Positions 1 to 11,501 of a DNA stretch of 64,000 bases are shown here, piece by piece. The DNA comes from Phaeosaccion multiseriatum (Eukaryota; Protista; Ochrophyta, other classes), in assembly GCA_965112735.1 (NCBI GenBank), contig OZ218961.1:1-64000 (forward strand). Direction: 5' to 3'. Within the stretch, counting starts at the first letter, position 1; each line of letters begins with the position of its first letter. A program made the position numbers and the translations under genes. A model generated the notes under the pieces. It saw nothing but the letters and a program-made list of their open reading frames with translations, had not been told where the DNA came from and searched no databases.

Positions 1-3000
1 CTAACCCTAACCCTAACCCTAACCCTAACCCTAACCCTAACCCTAACCCTAACCCTAACCCTAACCCTAACCCTAACCCTAACCCTAACCCTAACCCTAA
101 CCCTAACCCTAACCCTAACCCTAACCCTAACCCTAACCCTAACCCTAACCCTAACCCTAACCCTAACCCTAACCCTAACCCTAACCCTAACCCTAACCCT
201 AACCCTAACCCTAACCCTAACCCTAACCCTAACCCTAACCCTAACCCTAACCCTAACCCTAACCCTAACCCTAACCCTAACCCTAACCCTAACCCTAACC
301 CTAACCCTAACCCTAACCCTAACCCTAACCCTAACCCTAACCCTAACCCTAACCCTAACCCTAACCCTAACCCTAACCCTAACCCTAACCCTAACCCTAA
401 CCCTAACCCTAACCCTAACCCTAACCCTAACCCTAACCCTAACCCTAACCCTAACCCTAACCCTAACCCTAACCCTAACCCTAACCCTAACCCTAACCCT
501 AACCCTAACCCTAACCCTAACCCTAACCCTAACCCTAACCCTAACCCTAACCCTAACCCTAACCCTAACCCTAACCCTAACCCTAACCCTAACCCTAACC
601 CTAACCCTAACCCTAACCCTAACCCTAACCCTAACCCTAACCCTAACCCTAACCCTAACCCTAACCCTAACCCTAACCCTAACCCTAACCCTAACCCTAA
701 CCCTAACCCTAACCCTAACCCTAACCCTAACCCTAACCCTAACCCTAACCCTAACCCTAACCCTAACCCTAACCCTAACCCTAACCCTAACCCTAACCCT
801 AACCCTAACCCTAACCCTAACCCTAACCCTAACCCTAACCCTAACCCTAACCCTAACCCTAACCCTAACCCTAACCCTAACCCTAACCCTAACCCTAACC
901 CTAACCCTAACCCTAACCCTAACCCTAACCCTAACCCTAACCCTAACCCTAACCCTAACCCTAACCCTAACCCTAACCCTAACCCTAACCCTAACCCTAA
1001 CCCTAACCCTAACCCTAACCCTAACCCTAACCCTAACCCTAACCCTAACCCTAACCCTAACCCTAACCCTAACCCTAACCCTAACCCTAACCCTAACCCT
1101 AACCCTAACCCTAACCCTAACCCTAACCCTAACCCTAACCCTAACCCTAACCCTAACCCTAACCCTAACCCTAACCCTAACCCTAACCCTAACCCTAACC
1201 CTAACCCTAACCCTAACCCTAACCCTAACCCTAACCCTAACCCTAACCCTAACCCTAACCCTAACCCTAACCCTAACCCTAACCCTAACCCTAACCCTAA
1301 CCCTAACCCTAACCCTAACCCTAACCCTAACCCTAACCCTAACCCTAACCCTAACCCTAACCCTAACCCTAACCCTAACCCTAACCCTAACCCTAACCCT
1401 AACCCTAACCCTAACCCTAACCCTAACCCTAACCCTAACCCTAACCCTAACCCTAACCCTAACCCTAACCCTAACCCTAACCCTAACCCTAACCCTAACC
1501 CTAACCCTAACCCTAACCCTAACCCTAACCCTAACCCTAACCCTAACCCTAACCCTAACCCTAACCCTAACCCTAACCCTAACCCTAACCCTAACCCTAA
1601 CCCTAACCCTAACCCTAACCCTAACCCTAACCCTAACCCTAACCCTAACCCTAACCCTAACCCTAACCCTAACCCTAACCCTAACCCTAACCCTAACCCT
1701 AACCCTAACCCTAACCCTAACCCTAACCCTAACCCTAACCCTAACCCTAACCCTAACCCTAACCCTAACCCTAACCCTAACCCTAACCCTAACCCTAACC
1801 CTAACCCTAACCCTAACCCTAACCCTAACCCTAACCCTAACCCTAACCCTAACCCTAACCCTAACCCTAACCCTAACCCTAACCCTAACCCTAACCCTAA
1901 CCCTAACCCTAACCCTAACCCTAACCCTAACCCTAACCCTAACCCTAACCCTAACCCTAACCCTAACCCTAACCCTAACCCTAACCCTAACCCTAACCCT
2001 AACCCTAACCCTAACCCTAACCCTAACCCTAACCCTAACCCTAACCCTAACCCTAACCCTAACCCTAACCCTAACCCTAACCCTAACCCTAACCCTAACC
2101 CTAACCCTAACCCTAACCCTAACCCTAACCCTAACCCTAACCCTAACCCTAACCCTAACCCTAACCCTAACCCTAACCCTAACCCTAACCCTAACCCTAA
2201 CCCTAACCCTAACCCTAACCCTAACCCTAACCCTAACCCTAACCCTAACCCTAACCCTAACCCTAACCCTAACCCTAACCCTAACCCTAACCCTAACCCT
2301 AACCCTAACCCTAACCCTAACCCTAACCCTAACCCTAACCCTAACCCTAACCCTAACCCTAACCCTAACCCTAACCCTAACCCTAACCCTAACCCTAACC
2401 CTAACCCTAACCCTAACCCTAACCCTAACCCTAACCCTAACCCTAACCCTAACCCTAACCCTAACCCTAACCCTAACCCTAACCCTAACCCTAACCCTAA
2501 CCCTAACCCTAACCCTAACCCTAACCCTAACCCTAACCCTAACCCTAACCCTAACCCTAACCCTAACCCTAACCCTAACCCTAACCCTAACCCTAACCCT
2601 AACCCTAACCCTAACCCTAACCCTAACCCTAACCCTAACCCTAACCCTAACCCTAACCCTAACCCTAACCCTAACCCTAACCCTAACCCTAACCCTAACC
2701 CTAACCCTAACCCTAACCCTAACCCTAACCCTAACCCTAACCCTAACCCTAACCCTAACCCTAACCCTAACCCTAACCCTAACCCTAACCCTAACCCTAA
2801 CCCTAACCCTAACCCTAACCCTAACCCTAACCCTAACCCTAACCCTAACCCTAACCCTAACCCTAACCCTAACCCTAACCCTAACCCTAACCCTAACCCT
2901 AACCCTAACCCTAACCCTAACCCTAACCCTAACCCTAACCCTAACCCTAACCCTAACCCTAACCCTAACCCTAACCCTAACCCTAACCCTAACCCTAACC

Positions 3001-6000
3001 CTAACCCTAACCCTAACCCTAACCCTAACCCTAACCCTAACCCTAACCCTAACCCTAACCCTAACCCTAACCCTAACCCTAACCCTAACCCTAACCCTAA
3101 CCCTAACCCTAACCCTAACCCTAACCCTAACCCTAACCCTAACCCTAACCCTAACCCTAACCCTAACCCTAACCCTAACCCTAACCCTAACCCTAACCCT
3201 AACCCTAACCCTAACCCTAACCCTAACCCTAACCCTAACCCTAACCCTAACCCTAACCCTAACCCTAACCCTAACCCTAACCCTAACCCTAACCCTAACC
3301 CTAACCCTAACCCTAACCCTAACCCTAACCCTAACCCTAACCCTAACCCTAACCCTAACCCTAACCCTAACCCTAACCCTAACCCTAACCCTAACCCTAA
3401 CCCTAACCCTAACCCTAACCCTAACCCTAACCCTAACCCTAACCCTAACCCTAACCCTAACCCTAACCCTAACCCTAACCCTAACCCTAACCCTAACCCT
3501 AACCCTAACCCTAACCCTAACCCTAACCCTAACCCTAACCCTAACCCTAACCCTAACCCTAACCCTAACCCTAACCCTAACCCTAACCCTAACCCTAACC
3601 CTAACCCTAACCCTAACCCTAACCCTAACCCTAACCCTAACCCTAACCCTAACCCTAACCCTAACCCTAACCCTAACCCTAACCCTAACCCTAACCCTAA
3701 CCCTAACCCTAACCCTAACCCTAACCCTAACCCTAACCCTAACCCTAACCCTAACCCTAACCCTAACCCTAACCCTAACCCTAACCCTAACCCTAACCCT
3801 AACCCTAACCCTAACCCTAACCCTAACCCTAACCCTAACCCTAACCCTAACCCTAACCCTAACCCTAACCCTAACCCTAACCCTAACCCTAACCCTAACC
3901 CTAACCCTAACCCTAACCCTAACCCTAACCCTAACCCTAACCCTAACCCTAACCCTAACCCTAACCCTAACCCTAACCCTAACCCTAACCCTAACCCTAA
4001 CCCTAACCCTAACCCTAACCCTAACCCTAACCCTAACCCTAACCCTAACCCTAACCCTAACCCTAACCCTAACCCTAACCCTAACCCTAACCCTAACCCT
4101 AACCCTAACCCTAACCCTAACCCTAACCCTAACCCTAACCCTAACCCTAACCCTAACCCTAACCCTAACCCTAACCCTAACCCTAACCCTAACCCTAACC
4201 CTAACCCTAACCCTAACCCTAACCCTAACCCTAACCCTAACCCTAACCCTAACCCTAACCCTAACCCTAACCCTAACCCTAACCCTAACCCTAACCCTAA
4301 CCCTAACCCTAACCCTAACCCTAACCCTAACCCTAACCCTAACCCTAACCCTAACCCTAACCCTAACCCTAACCCTAACCCTAACCCTAACCCTAACCCT
4401 AACCCTAACCCTAACCCTAACCCTAACCCTAACCCTAACCCTAACCCTAACCCTAACCCTAACCCTAACCCTAACCCTAACCCTAACCCTAACCCTAACC
4501 CTAACCCTAACCCTAACCCTAACCCTAACCCTAACCCTAACCCTAACCCTAACCCTAACCCTAACCCTAACCCTAACCCTAACCCTAACCCTAACCCTAA
4601 CCCTAACCCTAACCCTAACCCTAACCCTAACCCTAACCCTAACCCTAACCCTAACCCTAACCCTAACCCTAACCCTAACCCTAACCCTAACCCTAACCCT
4701 AACCCTAACCCTAACCCTAACCCTAACCCTAACCCTAACCCTAACCCTAACCCTAACCCTAACCCTAACCCTAACCCTAACCCTAACCCTAACCCTAACC
4801 CTAACCCTAACCCTAACCCTAACCCTAACCCTAACCCTAACCCTAACCCTAACCCTAACCCTAACCCTAACCCTAACCCTAACCCTAACCCTAACCCTAA
4901 CCCTAACCCTAACCCTAACCCTAACCCTAACCCTAACCCTAACCCTAACCCTAACCCTAACCCTAACCCTAACCCTAACCCTAACCCTAACCCTAACCCT
5001 AACCCTAACCCTAACCCTAACCCTAACCCTAACCCTAACCCTAACCCTAACCCTAACCCTAACCCTAACCCTAACCCTAACCCTAACCCTAACCCTAACC
5101 CTAACCCTAACCCTAACCCTAACCCTAACCCTAACCCTAACCCTAACCCTAACCCTAACCCTAACCCTAACCCTAACCCTAACCCTAACCCTAACCCTAA
5201 CCCTAACCCTAACCCTAACCCTAACCCTAACCCTAACCCTAACCCTAACCCTAACCCTAACCCTAACCCTAACCCTAACCCTAACCCTAACCCTAACCCT
5301 AACCCTAACCCTAACCCTAACCCTAACCCTAACCCTAACCCTAACCCTAACCCTAACCCTAACCCTAACCCTAACCCTAACCCTAACCCTAACCCTAACC
5401 CTAACCCTAACCCTAACCCTAACCCTAACCCTAACCCTAACCCTAACCCTAACCCTAACCCTAACCCTAACCCTAACCCTAACCCTAACCCTAACCCTAA
5501 CCCTAACCCTAACCCTAACCCTAACCCTAACCCTAACCCTAACCCTAACCCTAACCCTAACCCTAACCCTAACCCTAACCCTAACCCTAACCCTAACCCT
5601 AACCCTAACCCTAACCCTAACCCTAACCCTAACCCTAACCCTAACCCTAACCCTAACCCTAACCCTAACCCTAACCCTAACCCTAACCCTAACCCTAACC
5701 CTAACCCTAACCCTAACCCTAACCCTAACCCTAACCCTAACCCTAACCCTAACCCTAACCCTAACCCTAACCCTAACCCTAACCCTAACCCTAACCCTAA
5801 CCCTAACCCTAACCCTAACCCTAACCCTAACCCTAACCCTAACCCTAACCCTAACCCTAACCCTAACCCTAACCCTAACCCTAACCCTAACCCTAACCCT
5901 AACCCTAACCCTAACCCTAACCCTAACCCTAACCCTAACCCTAACCCTAACCCTAACCCTAACCCTAACCCTAACCCTAACCCTAACCCTAACCCTAACC

Positions 6001-7804
6001 CTAACCCTAACCCTAACCCTAACCCTAACCCTAACCCTAACCCTAACCCTAACCCTAACCCTAACCCTAACCCTAACCCTAACCCTAACCCTAACCCTAA
6101 CCCTAACCCTAACCCTAACCCTAACCCTAACCCTAACCCTAACCCTAACCCTAACCCTAACCCTAACCCTAACCCTAACCCTAACCCTAACCCTAACCCT
6201 AACCCTAACCCTAACCCTAACCCTAACCCTAACCCTAACCCTAACCCTAACCCTAACCCTAACCCTAACCCTAACCCTAACCCTAACCCTAACCCTAACC
6301 CTAACCCTAACCCTAACCCTAACCCTAACCCTAACCCTAACCCTAACCCTAACCCTAACCCTAACCCTAACCCTAACCCTAACCCTAACCCTAACCCTAA
6401 CCCTAACCCTAACCCTAACCCTAACCCTAACCCTAACCCTAACCCTAACCCTAACCCTAACCCTAACCCTAACCCTAACCCTAACCCTAACCCTAACCCT
6501 AACCCTAACCCTAACCCTAACCCTAACCCTAACCCTAACCCTAACCCTAACCCTAACCCTAACCCTAACCCTAACCCTAACCCTAACCCTAACCCTAACC
6601 CTAACCCTAACCCTAACCCTAACCCTAACCCTAACCCTAACCCTAACCCTAACCCTAACCCTAACCCTAACCCTAACCCTAACCCTAACCCTAACCCTAA
6701 CCCTAACCCTAACCCTAACCCTAACCCTAACCCTAACCCTAACCCTAACCCTAACCCTAACCCTAACCCTAACCCTAACCCTAACCCTAACCCTAACCCT
6801 AACCCTAACCCTAACCCTAACCCTAACCCTAACCCTAACCCTAACCCTAACCCTAACCCTAACCCTAACCCTAACCCTAACCCTAACCCTAACCCTAACC
6901 CTAACCCTAACCCTAACCCTAACCCTAACCCTAACCCTAACCCTAACCCTAACCCTAACCCTAACCCTAACCCTAACCCTAACCCTAACCCTAACCCTAA
7001 CCCTAACCCTAACCCTAACCCTAACCCTAACCCTAACCCTAACCCTAACCCTAACCCTAACCCTAACCCTAACCCTAACCCTAACCCTAACCCTAACCCT
7101 AACCCTAACCCTAACCCTAACCCTAACCCTAACCCTAACCCTAACCCTAACCCTAACCCTAACCCTAACCCTAACCCTAACCCTAACCCTAACCCTAACC
7201 CTAACCCTAACCCTAACCCTAACCCTAACCCTAACCCTAACCCTAACCCTAACCCTAACCCTAACCCTAACCCTAACCCTAACCCTAACCCTAACCCTAA
7301 CCCTAACCCTAACCCTAACCCTAACCCTAACCCTAACCCTAACCCTAACCCTAACCCTAACCCTAACCCTAACCCTAACCCTAACCCTAACCCTAACCCT
7401 AACCCTAACCCTAACCCTAACCCTAACCCTAACCCTAACCCTAACCCTAACCCTAACCCTAACCCTAACCCTAACCCTAACCCTAACCCTAACCCTAACC
7501 CTAACCCTAACCCTAACCCTAACCCTAACCCTAACCCTAACCCTAACCCTAACCCTAACCCTAACCCTAACCCTAACCCTAACCCTAACCCTAACCCTAA
7601 CCCTAACCCTAACCCTAACCCTAACCCTAACCCTAACCCTAACCCTAACCCTAACCCTAACCCTAACCCTAACCCTAACCCTAACCCTAACCCTAACCCT
7701 AACCCTAACCCTAACCCTAACCCTAACCCTAACCCTAACCCCTAACCCTAACCCTAACCCTAACCCTAACCTAACCCTAACCCTAACCCTAACCCTAACC
7801 CTAA
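1..7804. repeat. Telomeric array (CCCTAA)n / (TTAGGG)n, ~1300 units; chromosome left end
   Basis: Perfect CCCTAA repeats from base 1. The only variants seen are near the inner edge (CCCCTAA ~7740, CCTAA ~7770). The C-rich strand at the 5' end is the expected orientation for a true terminus. Confidence 0.98.
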
Positions 7805-8399
7805 GGAGAGAGAGAGAGGGAGGGGGGGGGAGGAGAGGGAGAGGGAGAGAGAGGGAGAGAAGCCTATACATGGTTTTGTTACAGAGAGAGGGATCGGAAA
7901 GGGAGAGGACGACACAAAAAGTGTGGTAAAGAGACAAAAGGCGCGGGGTGGCACAGGAGCGCGAGCGCGAGCACGAGCACGAGAGAACAAGAGAACGAAG
8001 GAGGAGAGGCTCAGCTGCGCTTCGTCCTCTTCGAAAACAAACATAAATGTGACTACGAAAACAAACATAACGATGCATGTATACTCTGAAGAGGGCCCAG
8101 GAGCTCCATTCTTCCCACTACACAACCCACCCAGCCGCTCTTCCTTTGCCGTTTCCCATTCTCGCCATCGTAGTTTTATACATCTTGTATGCACGTATAG
8201 ATATAGCTTCCCCCGCTACTCCCCGCAGCTCCTCTCTGCACTGTAAGGCGGACAGGTGACAAGTGACTCCCTTGTTGGCTACGGCTGCTCGCCCCCCCTC
8301 GGTTGCTGCACCTCCTGCTGAGACCTCTTCCCTCTTCAGGCAGGGCCTACGATAGCTGTGCTGCGCTGTGCGTTGTCATCCTCTGTCCCATCGCCCTCC

Positions 8400-10666
8400 T
8401 TACCAGCGAATCACCTCAAGCCCCTCGGGTAGATCTGCAGGCAGCTGGTATTCCTCCCCAACCGTAAGAATCCTGAGGCTAGCAGGCAGGCTCTCCAGAG
8501 GGCAGGTGTACTCCGGTCTCAGTCTGAGCCCCCGGAGAGAAGCAGGCAGCTTCAGAGGGTGGTTAAAGCACTTCCCCATCGCCACATGCTCCACACCGCA
8601 AGGAAGGACCAAGTGCTGATTGAACTGTGATGCCTGATTAAATGCGATCTTCTTGAGCGAGGCTGGCAGCTCCAGAGGGAGGTCAAAGTCACGACCCATC
8701 ACCACCTCCTCCACACCGCAAGGAAGGTCCAGCTGCTGATTGAACTTACCATACCCCCAGCCGAATCTGATCTTCTTCAAAGAGGCAGGGAGGTCCAGAG
8801 GGAGGTTAAAGTCAGGCCCCATCCAAACCTCCTCCACACCGCAAGGAAGGACCAAGTGTTGATTGAACTTCGAATCGCGGTCAAATCTGATCTTCTTGAG
8901 CGAGGCAGGCAGCTCCAGAGGGAGGTTGAAGTACTGCCCCATCCAAACCTCCTCCACACCGCAAGGAAGGACCAAGTGCTGATTGAACTTCGAATCGCGG
9001 TCAAATCTGATTTTCTTGAGCGAGGCAGGCAGCTCCAGAGGGAGGTTAAAGTGCTGCCCCATCTCCACCTCCTCCACACCACAAGGAAGGATCAGGGGCT
9101 GATTGAACTTCGAGCTCCCAACAAATATGATCCTCTTCACTGAAGCAGGAGGTCCAGAGGGAGGTTGAAGTCACCCCCCACTATCACCTCCTCCACACCA
9201 CCAGGAAGGAGCAGCTGCTGATTGAACTTCTGGCCCAGTCTGATCTTCTGGAGCGAGGTAGGCAGCTCTAGAGGGCGGTTAAAGCACTTCCCCATCACCA
9301 CCTCCTCCACATCGCAAGGAAGGTCCAACTGCTGATTGAACTCCGATTCCACATCAAATGCGATCTTCTTGAGCGAGGCAGGGAGGTCCAGAGGGAGGTT
9401 AAAGTGCTTCCCCATCTGCAGCTCCTCCACACCACAAGGAAGGTCCAAGTGATGATTGAACTGTGAGCCCTCATCAAATCTGATCTTCTTCAACGAGGCA
9501 GGCAGCTCCAGAGGGAGATTAAAGTACTTCCCCATGTTCACCTCCTCCACACCACTAGGAAGGTCCACGTACTGGGTAAAGCTCCTCCCAAAATTGATCT
9601 TCTTCAGCGAAGCAGGCAACTCCAGAGGGAGGTTAAAGCGCCACCCCATGTCCACGTCCTCCACACCAAAAGGAAGGTCCAAGTGCTGATTGAAGTGTGA
9701 GTCAACCCCAAATTTGATCTTCTTGAGCGAGGCAGGCAGCTCCAGAGGGAGGTTAAACGCACACCCCATGTCCACCTCCTCCACACCACAAGGAAGGTCA
9801 ATGTGCAGATTGAACGTAGAGGTGAAGCCAAATCCGATCTTCTTGAGCGAGGCAGGCAGCTCCAGAGGGAGGTTAAACGCACGCCCCATGTCCACCTCCT
9901 CCACACCGCAAGGAAGGATCAGGGGCTGATTGAACTTCGAGCTCCCAACAAATATGATCCTCTTCACTGAAGCAGGCAGCTCCAGAGGGAGGTTAAATTC
10001 ATCCCCCACTATCACCTCCTCCACGCCACAAGGAAGGAGCAGCTGCTGATTGAACTTCCGGCCCAGTCTGATCTTCTGGAGCGAGGCAGGCAGGTCCAGG
10101 GGGGAGTCAAAGTGACACCCCATCTCCACATCCTCGACTGTGCTTGGCACCGACACGGCTTGATTGAAACTATCGGAGAAAGTAAGGCGCTTAACCGATG
10201 CTGGCAGCAGCGCCAATGCTTGTTTAGCGAGAGCCTTGTCCTCAGCGGTGTTAGGAGTCGTACTTTCGATAAAAGCCGTTGTCACGTCAAAGTAGAGGGC
10301 GACGGTACGGCCGAGCTTCACAGCCGCGACGCGAAAGAAACCACTGCCCGCTTCGACTGCCTGCTCTTCGTCTTCCTCCTCTTGCCTCTCCTGGATCATT
10401 CCCGACTTCCCCGCCTCTTCAGCAGCACCCGCCTGCTCTACGGAGAATGATAAAGCAACCTTCCTCGAGTCCGCTTCCTTCTGGTTCTTCAGCAAGCTTA
10501 GCATACGACGCTGTACACACTCAGGCATGTCGGTGTTGATCACCAGAGTGCGGGAGGTGGCCTCATCCAGCTCCTTGCACACTCCCCACAGAGCTTTGGT
10601 AGGGAAGAGGCAGGCCACACTTCTCAGAGCCGCTGGCCCCGCGCTGCTCCAAGGTACTAAACTCAT
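8400..10666 (-). CDS. FNIP-repeat (LRR-like) protein with a possible degenerate N-terminal F-box; split by a 1-bp frameshift near 9148
   Basis: ORFs 9137..10666 and 8400..9140 carry the same ~40-aa (114-123 bp) unit, FNQxLxLPCGVEEVxMGxxFNLPLELPASLKKIxF, about 14 times. At ~9145 the + strand reads GCAGGAGGTCCAG, whereas sister units (8785, 9378) read GCAGGGAGGTCCAG. Restoring one G gives one intronless ~755-aa ORF. The F-box call rests only on 'LRSVACLF..ALWGVCKEL' and is tentative. Confidence 0.85.
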
Positions 10667-10796
10667 TAAGCCCTTGGAGGCTCCTCCTCCTCCCCCGCCT
10701 TTTCTTTCTTTTTTTAAGGCTTTTTTTTTTCTGTGATTGCGGCGACGATCTCGTGGGTCGTTGGTGCTCCGCCTTCCTCAACTGATTCTTCAATTC

Positions 10797-11172
10797 GCCA
10801 GGGTGGGGACATCCACTATGACCCCACGCGGTACCACCTTGTCCCTTTTGCAATAGAACAGCAAGGTGCATTTGGCCCGTCAGCACAGATGTTTATCAAA
10901 ACACTCGCCACCCACATGGCTGGGGGGCACGAACATCTTGACACGAGGGCTTATGCGAGGGCTGTTTGCGTCATTCGGCGACGATTAGCCGTAGCGCTCC
11001 AGCGGGCCCGACACGAACGATCGGTTCGCCACAGGATCCTGGCTGGTATCAACTTTGTTCCAATGGGAAGAACTGATGAGTCAGAGGGACACGACCTCGA
11101 GGGCTAAGTTCCCCGGGGCGGTGAGACATTACTTTTAGACAACCATAGATGGCACTTAAGGGTGTAATATAA
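10797..11172 (+). mobile_element. 5'-truncated non-LTR retrotransposon (restriction-like endonuclease type, CRE/R2/NeSL-like), 3' end only
   Basis: Encodes 'LVPFAIEQQGAFGPSAQMFIKTLA...RRRLAVALQRAR', matching the C-terminal RLE motif (PF.xE..G..G..A.....L...AxQR). Stop at 11107, then a short AT-rich 3' end. Flanked by an exact 18-bp direct repeat CAACTGATTCTTCAATTC at 10779-10796 and 11173-11190. Confidence 0.8.
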
Positions 11173-11501
11173 CAACTGATTCTTCAATTCTTCCTTCCAT
11201 TCTCCCCCCTCCTCCTGCTGATCTCTTCCTCGAAAACCAGCCGGATGCTACTGCCAAGCACCGAAGGTCTTGTAGTGGCAGAGATCGGGAGCTGTCGTTC
11301 GGCGTGTGAGTGTGACGTATGGACTCACAGGAGTGGCTGAACCGTTACGCGGGCGAGGCGCTTGCCTAGGCAGCCAGAGCAGTGGCTGTATGCGGAGGGA
11401 GCGAGAAGAGGAGACAGGCTGTGCGATGCCGCGTCCGTAGCAAATCTTTGCCAGTGGGGTAGCTAAGAAAGGCAGCCAGTTGTTGTTTGGTGGGGAGCAA
11501 A

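Noticed and set aside
7766-8260. Short ORFs next to the telomere
   Set aside because: Low-complexity, with no domain; one simply reads into telomere repeats.
8400-10200. CRISPR-like or diversity-generating retroelement reading of the 120-bp repeats
   Set aside because: The units are in-frame protein repeats. There are no cas genes, template repeat or DGR reverse transcriptase, and variable codons (TGG, GCG, GAA, GTG) are not restricted to adenine-derived changes.
8400-11190. Endogenous giant-virus insertion
   Set aside because: FNIP repeats are the only virus-associated trait. There is no NCLDV hallmark gene or obvious compositional shift, and neighbours are ordinary eukaryotic genes.
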